Part shown: positions 44,401 through 58,807 of the stretch, piece after piece
Numbering within the stretch: the first letter of the stretch is position 1
How the letters are laid out: every line of letters starts with the position of its first letter
Source: Setoptus koraiensis
Lineage: Eukaryota > Animalia > Arthropoda
Assembly: GCA_048013815.1 (NCBI GenBank)
Contig: CM106586.1
Location: 19,778,001-19,842,000 of the forward strand
Direction: 5' to 3'
DNA: 64,000 bases
Notes under the pieces: generated by a model
What the model saw: the letters and a program-made list of their open reading frames with translations, nothing else
Told to the model about the DNA's origin: nothing
Database searches by the model: none
Translations under genes and position numbers: made by a program

Positions 44401-47400
44401 GCGTCACTGGCGGCGCCCACTGTCACAAAGTTATAAATAGACCCCATTTGTTCCGTGTCCGCACACCCGCATACTGGCTATACAAGTTTTATTAAGTTGG
44501 ATATTTTCTGTAGATTGCTGAGTCTAGAGTGAAATTGCCGAATCGCTAGTCATTCGGTTACAGTTTTTCTGGACGCAAACAAGAAAAAAAAATCGTGTTC
44601 GCTAACACATTTCTGGCTAGTGCTTGCGAAAAATACTGTACAAAGAGGCGCCCATTTTATACAGTCGTCGTAATTCAGGCATCCAGAACCAAGGCCGAAT
44701 TGCGTCGCTCATTTGTATTTATCTGATCCCTCTGCACCGTCTGTGGCAAACTGGTGCCTTTCCCTCTATCTGTACTCGTGTAATCTAACCACCACGTGCA
44801 AACAAGCTGTCACACACTTCGCCTCGTGACTATTGGATTAGTTCCTCTAGTCCAATGAGGCCATTGGGGGCTAAATAGCTTAGGTGAGATGACAGGCCAA
44901 TGAAAATAAATAATTTTCAGCATTTACAATGCTACCCATGGCTGCCGTTGTATAGCCGAGAAAGCGCTCTTTTACTTGATCATCGAACATATTCCACTAT
45001 AACTACGCCTAACTGGCTTTACTGTATTGCAAAACATTGTTTGCCCACTTCAACGAAAATAATTATTGTTACAGCGGCAGAATTTTCCAGTAAAATACTC
45101 TAGTAGAGTCAGTGTATTTTCCTCGAAAATTTCATAGCGATTCTACATTTTTGAATTCCTCATTTTTTCCACATTCAGAATTTATTGGATTTACCACATG
45201 CGACACACTTGGATGAAATTAAGCTACGAAACAGCAGAGCCATCGCCGAAAAAACCCGCTACCATTCAATGGGTCCGAGTCAGAGCTTATTGAATCTCAG
45301 TAGAGGCAATTGAAAGTGAGGCGAATTTCGTTTGTTTGTTTATCGTTTTTCAATGATCGCAGGCAATTTTTCAAAAATATAAATAAAATTTAAGTTCGAA
45401 AACAGCTTTTCGAACAGACAGCTAGCGATTTCTTTGCGATCTGTGTACTGTTCATCTAGCAGTTCATCTCAATATGTTCAAACAGAAACGCTTCCGAGAG
45501 GCTGCCCTTTAAGAGATGTTCGTCCATATTCAAATTAGTTTCGCCTCGAATAAATAATCTCCACGCTGAGAGGCGTTCATATCGAGCAGCTGTGTCGTTG
45601 AAAGATATGGTTAATCATGCTGAAAACATGCCTCGTTTCATTTTCGACATGAACTGACTAGACATGTTGCCTGATGGCCTCCGGGAATAACAGCATCCAT
45701 TTGAATGGATGTTCAATAGTCCAATAGTCGAAATCATAATGATCTTGTTTGTGCATCGGCATTGGTTTGTGGTCATATTGTCACCTTAATAGTCACAAGT
45801 AAACCAGCCGTGAAATCGAGAAATTGATTTTTTTCCATCAATGAAAACCACCATTATCGGAGGTTCGCGACCTAGCCAACTATTTTTCCAGAATTTGTCT
45901 GGCATTCATTCAGTTTACTGTCATTGGCAATTCATGTGAAAGCAGATTTTGTTCTTCATCTGGCATATCAACTATATTCGAACTTCCATGCCCTACCTCT
46001 ATGTTTCAATTCTTTTTTTTACTAACTCGACATTTCCCTTATCGCGGTACGCCAACTTGGCGAGCCTAGTCGCGATTTGCGAGACGGCCTTTGAATTGAA
46101 AACTGCCAGGCAGTAATAATTTCAATGGAGGCAAAAAAGATGTCAATGAAAAACGATAAAATCAAGCTGAAGCCATTCATGTTGAGAGACCAAATGATGG
46201 GTCTGCATCGGTTTTTCTTGTGATGGATGAGTTGGAAATTTGCCAAAAAACTCAGATTTCCATGAGCATGCGCCAACTCGAACTCACCTGGATAAGTAAT
46301 GCGCAATGAGCGTTTTCGGAATCGCTCAAGCGACATTGCATCCATTACAATGTTCGTGTGCATTTTTACCCAAATTGACAGTTCACGAAATTGAAATCCT
46401 CTTCGAAACACGCTAGCTAGATTTCGTGTCGCAATGCATGAGTTGTGGAATGGTTGTGAAAAATGAGCATTTTTCGAGTTGAGCGACGATTTGTAAGGAG
46501 ATATGCAAAAAAAAGTCGCAAGCTCATCGATCAAACTCCTTTTTAGGATGACGATTCATCGATATAGAGTAAGAATTTTGGAAACGTTCGGTAAGAAATC
46601 ACAACCCGAAAGTGGAATTCTTAAATGTTCATATGCTGTCAGCTGGGTTCGGTTTGAAAATTCAAGCCGTCCGAAATTAATTAATCGACACTCGAACTCC
46701 TGTGTCGGAATCCTCTTTTTCATCATAGCTAATGACGGAATCAGCGACAATATCCACCCTACTTTGGTCAATGACGAACGATTTCAAGAGCATTACCTTT
46801 TCGGGAATTTTGGTCACTAGAGTCGATCACTCGAAGCGTATCTAAAAGAGTAGATTGGATGCGTCTGGAAATCTGTGATTCATAATGAGCTTCATTTTGC
46901 CATTTCAGGTGCCTCTAATTCAACTCTGATTCCGACTGTGATCTCTGTATGCGCAGCTTTTCGTTCTACGGGTAAATTGATTTTCGTCAAGTGCCCAAAC
47001 TCATTTAATCCGGAAGAGTCTGGATTTTCCCCACCTTGTTGTAGCACCGAATTTACTATATATCGCTATAATGAACTTCACGAATGTAGACTACATCATG
47101 TAGTATCACTACAGTAGTACAAATGATGTCTGTCTACCATGGTCGCTTGTGAGCTGAATCTGTAAATATTTTAGCCTGATACCGATCGCGCAAGGCGAGT
47201 GAGTTCAATGAGATCAGACTATCAATTATACTAGCTAGAACGCGAGGTGCTATCGTGCTTCCGGCTACTACTATTTGTGAACTCAAACAGCTACGAAATG
47301 AAGAGGACCCGGAGGACAAATCTTGAATCCATGTCACTCGAGATTTACATATTTGGATCAGTATATGGCGAAAATATTCACGCAATGAATAAGAATGAAA

Positions 47401-48839
47401 GATGAAGGATGGCGATTTGTTCGAACCACTTAGATTGTTGCTCTTCGTAGCCGATTTGTCCTCTCCGATCCACGCTGATCCAATTTCCGAACTAGGAGCG
47501 AAATTGGTGAAAACATTGGCCTAACTGAGCCCATTCGAAATGAGTTCACCAAAACAAGCAAAGAAAATAATGGCCTGCTACACTTAGTATGGTTTCCGGC
47601 GTACCCATCGGATGAATGAACGCGAGAAACACAATGAATAGATTGTTTCGATAAATACATGTCGACAACAATAAAAGAAGTATTTGAGTATCTTTCCAAA
47701 AATAAACGCGACATCGAGCCGAATAACTTGGCAAACAGGCAACATCCTGACAATTAAATCCATCAAGCTATGCATCGTATCCGCAACCACTGTGGGTGAC
47801 AGATTCCGAGCCGTCGTTTAGATATCATCATGCCATTGTTGCCGTACAATGATTTGCTATCTCACCACAATCTATGCCAAAGAATGGGATTGGCCTAAAA
47901 ATCGTAACAAAAATCTATAGATTATATCTGAACAATGCTAGTATGATGACATAATGATGATTCTATTTCATACATAATCGCATAGTAGCATAACGGTATT
48001 GCGAATAAATTCAATTTTTTTTTTCTCTCTCTCTCCCTCCTACAAAGAATAAAAGTTGATACTAGGGAGGTGAAAAAATATCGTCGCTTATAACGCATTT
48101 ACCAATATTTTTGAAAAAGCTATACACATTTACATATTGTTCGTATTTGCACACGGCGACCACGGCGGTGTTCGTGTATTTCACGAAAAGATACGCAGTT
48201 GCACCGCATATATTCATATAAATGCATTCATATAAATAAATATCCTAGATTATGCTAAATGCTGCTGAACGAAGCCAGAAAGAATAGTAATAATACTGTA
48301 ATAGTGAGTGTCCCCGCTGAACAATCGCGGGGAGCCTATTTTTTGGCACTACCTGATATGTGGTGAGTTTGTTTGCTTGCGTTCATCGCAAGATTATCAT
48401 TATTCAAATATTTTGATGCTTTATCTATACGAAGATAATAATAATGAGCACATATTCGAGTATTTGTGTGGCATTTTAAATTTTCGCTGCTTGTTGACCT
48501 GAGAATGCAATCAAGCAACCGACAGAATAGCTTATTGGGTCGGCTCGTCATTACTAGGACGTAACAATCACTGAGAACTGGTGGTCTGCGGCTAACTATG
48601 ATTATTGTCAGAGGCACCCTCAGCTAACTGCATCAGCAATTATGACTAGTTCAGCTAGCTATAAACACTGGAGTCTAGTGGCTATACATTTCGAGAAATA
48701 GCATGATATACAAAAACACAGCGATAGCGTTTAGTCAGAGTCAACTATCCGAGCAAATTGAACAGGTAAGGTTGATTCGTTGTGTTTACACAACCAATTT
48801 ATGCATGTATTGTTTGTTTCACTTGCTTATTGTTTTTCA

Positions 48840-48841
<2 letters not shown>

Positions 48842-48889
<48 letters not shown>
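48842..48889. repeat. (ATT)~16 microsatellite
   Basis: Direct reading. Confidence 0.95.
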
Positions 48890-48890
<1 letters not shown>

Positions 48891-51731
48891 GCAATCTTTC
48901 GTTATGCTCGACATAAATAAATACAAATTGCAGCAGCGAGATAGTCGACTACCAATTTGAGTGTGCCGCTGCTTGTTGGGAAGTGAATTTCAATTAAATA
49001 GCATCAGTTACCTGTCGGTTTGGTGTAAAATTTTCATTCTACTTGAGCAGACAAATTGAATCAAATTTAGCTGGTTATCGACAATCATCGACAATTTATT
49101 ATCGGCTATCAGCTATTTACTCGGTACTAGATCAACATTATTTGTGCCTCCTAAACCAATATTTGCTCATCACATGTGGTTACTGTCTTCATCAGTATCT
49201 ATCTGACACTATAACAAATAATTGCAGGAAACGACAATTGATGACATCGGCGCAAATAGTTTTTGCCCAATATGTTGTAATAAGTATGGCTTGACATAAT
49301 TGCTACTGTCACCAACTGTCTAATGTCATGTTGCATTCTCTTAGTTCGCCAAACGATGATACACAAACGACAGACAACCATGTATTTGCAGTGTAAATAT
49401 TGGCCGCGGAAGTGGCGACGATGTGCTCTGTGCCCAAAACAAATAACTGACAGTCCAATCTGTTGGCTCAAGTGATGGGAAACCTTCACAAGAGGTCGCT
49501 ACAGTTTAAATTCAGTTAGTTTCGGGGAAAGAATTGTAACAATTCTCCACTGGCACTTTGCAGTTGACATTTGCAAAGGCACGTACAAGTTAATAGCTCT
49601 TTCGGGAAAGTTGTAGTGGACACGACAGTTTTCCCTTCAGAGATGCTGAGATGCTCATGATTTTTGACAGGCTGCTGTGACGCCAATCTTATATGTGTCG
49701 ACTCAGGATTGGCGTTTAAATCCGATAGAGATGTCAATGACACTTGACAGATTATCACCAAACTAATTTCTTCAAATAGATTGTCGCTCATTGATTGTGC
49801 TGCATGTGTGCCAGAAACTCTGTGAAGTGTCGGCCGAAAAAGTTCATCCGTAACACGCTTCGGATCGATACATTGATCTTGTCTGTTGTCCAGAGTGGCT
49901 CTGGCCATCACATCCATCTTTTCCGAGAGTATTCTTTTCCGGAAAAGCAAATGTTGTATGAGTGCTCTAGACTAGAAATCACCTCGTATTTTTCAATTTC
50001 GCCCACTAGCTCTCTTTTTTTCCACTATCATGAACGTGAAAAATTGAGCAACAAATCAATTAGGGAGCATCTGCCGCAACAATTCTGTTACAAAAAGAGA
50101 AATATATTTTCAATTCGATGGTTTGACTTGGGGTGATAGAAAGCGAAAAATATCAAGCGACAAAAATCAGGGCGCACGAATTGTGAACGTCGCCAGTGTG
50201 TCATAATGTGATTTTCGCGATTCGTGAATTCTCGTAGGCGATTCTTGGAAATTTGATTCCATTCCGTAGAGGGACGAATCTTGCGAAGGACTGTTCTTGG
50301 AATAGATCGATTCAGAAACGGGGCGCAAAGCATCAATGGCGATACGAAAATATCTATTCGAATGCAGGCTGAGGTCCAGTTTTGGGAGTTAGTTCAACTA
50401 TCACATTAGAGAAGGCTATGCAATGAATAAATTCGCTGCATAAACAGCACCAAGTCGATTCAAATAGTTGTTTATGCATAATATATTCAACTTGTATGTT
50501 GAGTCTGTTTCAAGTGCAGCACATTCAGTGTATTGTTTCGAAAAGCTACACGCCGGATGCATAAATGCACCGAGAAACGTCGCTCTTGGCGCCGGCGGAC
50601 AAAATCATCTAACTTGATTATGATCGGATTATTATTGTGCGGTTCTCACATACACATTCATGTTTGGCTGTGAGGCACGCTATTAATCAATTCATTACAT
50701 TATATCATCATTCGCATCGTTATTTCATGTACGACCTGGCAACTTGTTGGGAATGATACAGAATCTGTATTACAGATGATAAGATAGAGAGGTATTTGCA
50801 TTATTCGTTGAAGGCTTGTTCCTCGTTGTCGTGCATTTTGCATTACATAACTGATTAATTTGTTCGCGCGCAGATATGCAAACGATGACAATGCGGCCCG
50901 TTCGCGAGCCCGTCCGTTATTTTTTTTCTCTTCTTTTCGCACGTGTTCAACATGTCAACAACGATTTCAATTAGTTTTAATTATTCGGGACAGTCGTCAT
51001 GACGCGCACGCCCGCCAAAAATAAACGCGAAAAAAAAAAAAAACAGATAATCCAGATTGCGCGTCACAATGCCAAATTTGTTGGCACAATCTGTTATGAA
51101 AATAAACATTCATTTACACCGACAAGCCAGGCGGATAGTTGCAATTTTTGGCTGCTGCCGGTGGTGCGATTCACCTGATAATCAGCCCGAACGTGGGGCT
51201 ACTGTGTCTGGCGCGCTCGTTGGAGCGGACAGGTCAGAGCCAGGGGATTTAATTCTAAATTGTATGTTCAGTGTAATTTTTTCGACAATGCACCTCATGC
51301 TGGAATTATCTGCGAGCGTGTAACGCGGTCGGTTGTTGTGAGTATTGGGTCGTTATGAGTATTTGGTTGTTGTGAGCGTTTTAAGGACTTTGCGCGAATC
51401 ACGCACCACCAGACAGAGAGCGGGCCCCATCGTCTGGTGCAACCGAACTCGCCAGGCCAGCCTAAACAATTGAATGTACAGTTATTACGCAATATATGGC
51501 ACTATTTACATAATGTTTATTCGCGATGCCTTTTCTCTCAGCGGAACACTTTCGCTGCCGCTCTATATGTTGCTCTATATGTTGCGTATGTTAGCACGCG
51601 CGGCATCGTTTGCATCATTGTTGCCGGTCACCTGTCGTGATTGGATGGTCACACTGTTAGCGGTGCCACGAGCAACAGACACCTATCATTATGTTATGCG
51701 GCCACTGACCAGACCAGCGGCACATACCCAG

Positions 51732-51808
51732 CGACGGCTAAAACGACGTCCGAAACGACGGCCAAAACGATGGCCAAAACGACGGCCAAAACAGCGGCTA
51801 AAACAACG
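51732..51808. repeat. 12-bp minisatellite (CGACGGCYAAAA-like, about 6 copies)
   Basis: Direct reading. Confidence 0.8.
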
Positions 51809-54800
51809 GACGGCGATGGTTTTATTGCGATGATGATGTGATGCTTTGAGCGGCCCCATTCAGTTGGGCGCATTCACAGGGGCGCACTAATCTTAATCTT
51901 GCGCTGACAACATGCGCCCGATACGCGCTGCCTCTGGTGGACAATATATTCCGGAATAGGTAATGTTGTGCGCGTTGCCTAATAACGATGACTGACTTAT
52001 TATTATGCTGGCATTGTGTTTGATCATCGTGTTGGGCCCGTAATCTTACGTGATCGATAGTTTATGATGGCCGCCAGACACCGATAGTGAGCGCCAGAGA
52101 TAGAGAGATAAAGCAAAAGCGCCCCTCATTGACTCAAAATAGCAGCGCGGCGCCGGCCCGCAAAAGGGGCCACCGGGGATCCATCCAGAGCGCATATCAG
52201 GGTGTTTGTTTGTATTTGTCTTAGCGCGAGACGCAAAAAGATAGCCACCGCCGAGATTGATTCAATTTCTCTGACATGCCCGAACAGCACAAACAAACTC
52301 GGCACATACACACTTGCTCGCATACAAACAAACACATATCCGCCGTCTATCGATCGCCTGACAAGTGGGAGGAGAAGTTTGCTGGCATCGAGCTCGGTTT
52401 TGTTTGAGGTTATCGCCGGGCGCCCCAACGATGGCCGTCCGCCGGAGTGGCGGTCGGCGCTCAAGAATGCGCTCACAGCCGCCGAATCGCCCGCCTACCT
52501 GGACAGCCCCTCTGTGGCGGGGATCGTGCGAGCCGTTGGGGTCCGCTCTGGACGGAAATTGTGGGCCTGCTAGACGCAGATCGTTTATTCATCGTTTCGT
52601 GGGGCCAATGCACGGGCAGTTTTGCGGCCGGCCGCCAGGTAGCCCGTGCTGGCCGGAATGGGGCCCGACGCGGGCCCTCCAAGTGTGTCAGTCAGTGTGT
52701 CATTTAGCCATTTATGTGGTAGACGGAGCGGTATTGGTGTGATGCGCGGCCGGCCGCGCCACCCACCGAACACGCTACGAATGGGGCAGGCGAGCGGATT
52801 GAAACAAGAGCACTCTAATTCATTGATCCCGCGTTAAAGTACCTCAACTTTGGCCCGCTAGCCCGCTCGCCAGATATATAAATATATGTAAACACACACA
52901 CTCGCACACGAACGGCGCAGTTTTCTTGGCTGTTGACAAAGATCATCCAACCATACGGAAGCAAATTTTGTAGCCAGCGGTAACCTGCTTTGGGCCCCAA
53001 GTTGCGAGTTTCGAGTTGCGGGCCGCCAGTCGCTGGATGCGAGTCGCGAGCCGCGAGCCGCAGCTTAGGGCCGTTTAAAAGCCCGCGCCTAGAAGTAGGC
53101 CGAGCTGAGCAGCGCCGGCTTACCGCCGTTATCTTGTTCCGTTATCCCGGCGCCATACGCCGCCCGGCGCTATCTCGATGATAAAACGGATTCGTGTGCA
53201 CCCTGGCGGTGTGTCCGTTGCGTAGCGGCGCGCGGCGCGGCGCCGTTACCAACACACTGGCTCGTGCAGATATAAACTGGCCGGGCTTCGCGTCGCAGCC
53301 TGAATGAATTAAGATGAAAGGGACGCGCTAAATAAGTATTATGTAATCATGTATAAGGGTACACTCGATGAGATGACGCACGCAGCCCGGCAACATATGC
53401 TGCTGGCGCTCATCGCGGGCCGGCGGCCGTGGAGTGCCATTCAACACTCACTCACACGACAAGTCGCAAAAGTCGCTAGGTCGTTTCTTGGTTTGGCCAT
53501 TGTTGTTGTCGGCCGTTGTTGGCGCTGTTGTTGCTGCTGCTGCTGGCCGGCCGGTCGACCGGCCGACCGGCCGGCGATATCCATTAATGCGCGCGCGTTG
53601 GGTTCACTCGAGTATGAAGATGGCTCTTCACGCATTCTTGACGCTTAAACTGACCACTCAAACAATGGCCGCTTCATTGGGTCAACACAATAAATGCGAT
53701 TAAGAGAATAAGCGCGACAGCGTATTGAATATCGCGCACGCCGGGGCGCGGTTAATTTTGCTGGCCGGACTGTCTCGCTGGCTGGCTCATTGAGACATTC
53801 TTACACACTGTACACGGTGTGGCCATTATCATATTATCGAGCGTTCGCAGCCAGTTCGTAATTATCATCATTTAAACGCCAGTTCACACTGGCCGGCTGA
53901 TACACTGTACACTGTCTCAGTGTTGCTGAGGGCCCGTTCTTGGTATTCATGAATATTCCCGATATTGGCCCCATAATATTTCGGCCAAACATCGCCACAT
54001 TCGTTTAGCTGGCCCGGCTGCCACGTTCGTTTATCTGGCCCGGCCGGGTGTGGGGCAAAGTGAATATTCATGAGCATCTATGAATGTCTACTGTGCCGGA
54101 TGGCCAGTTTGGGCCCGCGCAACAGCGCGGGTGTTTTACTTCAAGGGGCCGGTCGGGTAATTCACACAGCTCAGTCGGGCGTTTGCAAATATAATTTCCA
54201 GCGGACACAGTGAGCGCAGCTCAGGCCAAAATGTATATTATGTCTGGCTAGTGTTATATTGCCACACGCTCACACAATACATTTAATTTGGGCCCCAGTG
54301 TTAGATTAATATCTTGACAAAGCGCTCGAGGATGCGGCAGCTCATGGTTGTGTGTCTGGCCCCCAGCGAGGGGCCGCACAACAATTTATCAATAATTGGC
54401 CAGCCTGTTGTGCAATGTCGGTGCCAATTAGTGCGCGACTTCACGTACAGTTGGGCCTCACAAGAGGCCCCGGCCCCGGCAAAAGTTGTTGTTGTTGTTG
54501 TTATCGAGGCAACAACAGAACAGCGAGCTACCATCAAGATAATGATCATAAATAAGTGAAAGACAAATGCCTGTGTGTGCCAGCGAAATTTCACTAGCAT
54601 GACGATGAAAATCTGCCACGCATCCGCTGCAAACCTACCAAACAAATATACATACGGCTATATATGCGAAACCGGGCTTGCCTGGAAAAACTCCAACGAA
54701 ACTTGAGCCGTAAGTTGGCCGGACGAGCCACACAACGGGCCCCCGTCTCGAGTCGCCGCGTTCGCGGGCCCGATTAATTTGACACTGCTGACACTGCGAT

Positions 54801-57045
54801 CGTTAGCATGGTGTTGATTTTTTGCCCTTTGGATGCCACCGGCAAATGCCATCAACAAACAGAGAGCCTGCTGCGCCGATCCTCAAGTCGTCCATCTAAT
54901 AATAATAATATCATCCTAATCTATTTATCAATCACACGGTAAACAATGGCCAGTGTTGATAGCCATGACAATGTTCATCAGTTTGTTGCTGCTTGTGTGA
55001 CACCTCGGCGGTTGCCAATTGTGAACTGGCCCGGCACAATGGACTCACTGGTTGGTTGTTTTATGTGGCCACCGGTTTCCCACGAACCCGTTGCGAGAAA
55101 CCAATTTCTTACGTGGGGCCAAGCGGGCCAAATCGAGCGTCATGCATGGCTCACCGACCACTAAATGACATGAATAAATAGATGGGATCGCGACACCAAG
55201 TCAAGCTGTCTCCATCGCCACAAGCCTCTCTCTCTGTCTCTCTGATATCGATCTGGTTTTCGTTGTTTTGATAATCTGACGCTGTGCTCAGTGGCGCAAT
55301 TTCGGCGGACAGGACAAGGTCGAAATGCATAAATAAACAGAGCACCCCGAACAACTTGTTCAGTCTTCTGTCTGTGTGCAATCTCTCTAATTGGATCGTT
55401 CGCAGTTTGATAAAATGCAATGCAATTTTTTCGTTTTTCGTCCTTTTTTCTACTCGCTTTTTTTTTTCATTTCGTTTATTTTCCAGCGCGCGCCAGCGCG
55501 AAAGACCAAGAGCGAATCATTAGTTAATTGTTTCAATGTTGTCTAACTGGCACTGCTGCTGCAAGACGGCGATCATCTGCACCATATGGCATCTGGACAA
55601 GCTGAAATTCAACACTTTGTGCAACTGGACCCCGTGCCCGTTTCCTCTTTGCTGGGTTTTTCGGCGCCCCCAACAACTAATAATGCGCTCTGGTGTTGTT
55701 GTCTCTCTCGTCTAGCCGCCAGCTACCAACAAGCGGCATGTGCGAGCCCGCTACTAAATTGATTTTTCCGAGGATTAAGTATGAGTGAAAAGCTCGACTC
55801 AAAACATAGTGTGTGACACGATGGCAATGTTGTTGTACGGTGTGCCATCCGACAGCGAAACAAACACGGAAAAAACAAAACAACAACAGAAACATCAACT
55901 TATATACTGTTTGTGTGTTGTTTAACGGCATGAAAAATTGAGAATGGATTACTAACTGTTATGTTGTACCTAGCGACCGAGCAACTTAAATGTCAGGTGC
56001 ATATAATGACAAGTGTGCGGATATTACGTAACGGCTGGCGGTATTTTGTGTTTCGTGTTGTTGTTGTTGTGGTCCTCTTGAACAACAACGATTGGAAATT
56101 GCTGTCAAAGTCCCAATGTGTCTCACTAAATAGTGTCCCCTGATGAGCGGAAGTTTTCGGCTGGTTTGAGCAAAACCGAATTGACCACTAGTCATGTACA
56201 ACTGGCATGCACAATGTTGTGACTAAATTGAGGCACGCACTAAGTAACAGTAGTAGTCAACAGACGAAACTTATCGTCACTCGAGGAAAGCGACATAAAT
56301 CACTCGCTGGGCCGTTTAATAAAAGATAAACAATAATTGTCGTGCAGCCTTCGAAAAGAATTTCTTTTGAGAATTCTTGACCATGGCTCGCCAACTATAT
56401 GAATCGACCATCTTGTTAAAATTTCTCGCTGTTGCACCAGATTATCTCGATAGCTGCAAGTTCCATTACTGACTCACTTCTACGCTTTTATAAATGACCA
56501 TTATGGTGGCATAATAGCATTGGCGAGAAAGAAATCAACATTAAGCTGGCATAATGGGGCTCAAATTGATCTCTTTATTCTCAAGACTGGAGATGGCACA
56601 ATGTGTGTGTGCGATATTGTTTGCTGCCTCGACTAAAATCCGACGCAATATTCACTTTTCCACTCACTCAAATCTCCTTTTCGATCACCGCTCCCACTGT
56701 GAGCGAAATGGCCGATCTGAACTTTCCGACTGCAACGAATCACTTCAATCGGGTTCGATCCGCCATCATGCGGAGATTGGCAATGTTATGCGAACAAGTA
56801 TAAAAGTTTACTCAAATGTATTTATGATGAGACGCTTGGCGCAATGCTCAAGATTCTATTCAGATAATTGGCGGAGAAAAATTTCGAGAGGCGAGATACA
56901 ACTTTTACAATTTGCTTTTAGATAAAACTAGTTTAGTAATTATTTATTAATAGCTACAATTCATCAATTCCAAGTATTCATTATCCTTTGTATGCTATTT
57001 GATGTTGCTACAATGTATGCGACATTGTCAAGCAGGTCAAGCTAC

Positions 57046-57930
57046 TCAATAAGCCTTCTTCGATTCGGTGGGTCCTGCATACAGGGTGAGGCTGGCCAGC
57101 GGATTTGACAGAATCAATTCGTCGCCTTGTTTGCACGTTGCATAGGCCACTTGACAATCCTCACCAGTTAGACCGTGATTCAGGGCCCTGTAATATCCAC
57201 TTCCTTCGAACCATTGTTGTGGTATTCTGCCAACATAATCCCTGAACCCACCGAATTGTCTGCTTATTTGACACAAAATCTTCGATCTACAATGGTTAGG
57301 TACAAAAACTCTTTCGAGAATCTTCATCGACTTTGAGACAGGATGCCCGTCGGTATGTAACAGATCTTCTCTGTCTAATAAAACGGTTAATCTATCTCTT
57401 GGAATATTAAACGTTGTGCAAACATAATCAACTAAAGCACTGGGATTGTTCATATACTTTTGAATTTCTATAAAGAATTTCGATTCGGAGATACCACTCT
57501 TGAGGAATTGTTCGTTGAATTGAGTGCCAAATTGATTGCTTAACTGATTGAACGGTTCGAATCCCTTGAAAGTCGATGGATCAATTGCGAAAAGCTGAAA
57601 ACCTCCATCAGCCGACTTGCTAATTAGTCCGAGTTGTCCCATGAATTGGTTGATGCCTTGACCGTAACCACTTCCATAGCTGTTGAATGATTTGCTAAGC
57701 TGACCCAAGTCGAATTGCGACAGACCCTGTGGTAATACGAATAACTGTGTTGGTAGAAATTGTGCCGGTACAATTTGTTGCTGTTGACTTTGAGACTGAC
57801 TTGCAATTGCAGGTAGCACTGATATTGATTGTTGTTGCTGTTGTTGTTGTTGTTGTACTACTTCAACTGCAGCGATTGTTTCAAATACCACCAATAGACA
57901 TCCTAATAACGATAACAACTTTATAGCCAT
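57046..57930 (-). CDS. Secreted protein: signal peptide, poly-Q and Q/F/G-rich region, C-terminal Cys domain resembling DM4/DM12
   Basis: Starts MAIKLLSLLGCLLVVFETIAA. The C-terminal C..KILCQ...Y.RA...G...EDC...Y..C pattern resembles DM4/DM12; the domain call is tentative. Confidence 0.8.
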   Translation of the reverse strand: MAIKLLSLLGCLLVVFETIAAVEVVQQQQQQQQQSISVLPAIASQSQSQQQQIVPAQFLPTQLFVLPQGLSQFDLGQLSKSFNSYGSGYGQGINQFMGQLGLISKSADGGFQLFAIDPSTFKGFEPFNQLSNQFGTQFNEQFLKSGISESKFFIEIQKYMNNPSALVDYVCTTFNIPRDRLTVLLDREDLLHTDGHPVSKSMKILERVFVPNHCRSKILCQISRQFGGFRDYVGRIPQQWFEGSGYYRALNHGLTGEDCQVAYATCKQGDELILSNPLASLTLYAGPTESKKAY

Positions 57931-58807
57931 ATCTGTTCTCTGTTGTATTGCTTAATATTAATAGATTCTGCCGGAATATTGTCGGGACAGGCTGAATTAT
58001 GGAACCAATCTCTCGGATATTGTTGTGCAGTTATTCTTCTACTGGTTGTAAGTTACTATCTTAATGGACGACTATCTATGGCAGAATGATTCTCGTCGGA
58101 AATGAGTTCTCATATTTAAACTTTTTTTCTCAGACAACACAACAACAAATCGATCATTTGTCTCTCGTATAATGTCACTATCGAAGAGTTGAATTAAATC
58201 GACCATGATAATTTACACTTACAAAAACAATTGAATTTGCGAGAGATATGTCATCGTTGGTTCGCCGAGTTGAAATAGAACTCTGTCACGAGGAGCTTCC
58301 ATTTAGCTTTCACTCTGGCAACTCTACCATTAGACACTGATATAAAGAAACAGCAATTCAAGTCCAGACGAGTCATAGTCCGCGACCAGAGATGTGATCA
58401 ATGTCAGTCCACCAAGTCAAATCATGCGAGATTTGTTATCATTAGTCTAAGTTTATGGTCCGCAACTACGAATGAAAAAACTAATCGTTCTCTCGTAATT
58501 GATCTATCTATCTGTTGAACAATATGCAACAATAAGTAATCCATTTGACGAAGCGCTTGCAACTTAGGTTAGAAATGTCTAGATTCCAACTCAACAGCGA
58601 AATTGTTTGGTCTAGCGATCAGAAGAATAGCGGCTGCTTTTACGATTGCATGCTCTTTATTCAGTAAAAAAAATCATCTCTTGAACTTTATCATCGGGTT
58701 TCATGTGAAAATACATCTTTGTAAATAATGTATTTAGATCAGCTAAATAAGTTAGTTAAGTGTTGTCTAGCATGACTAAAATTCGAGTGTGTTTTCATGT
58801 AGCTCTA

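Noticed and set aside
56554-56925. 123-aa plus-strand ORF and a GGTTCGATCC T-loop-like string at ~56752
   Set aside because: The ORF has no recognisable motif, and no tRNA cloverleaf can be built around the string.
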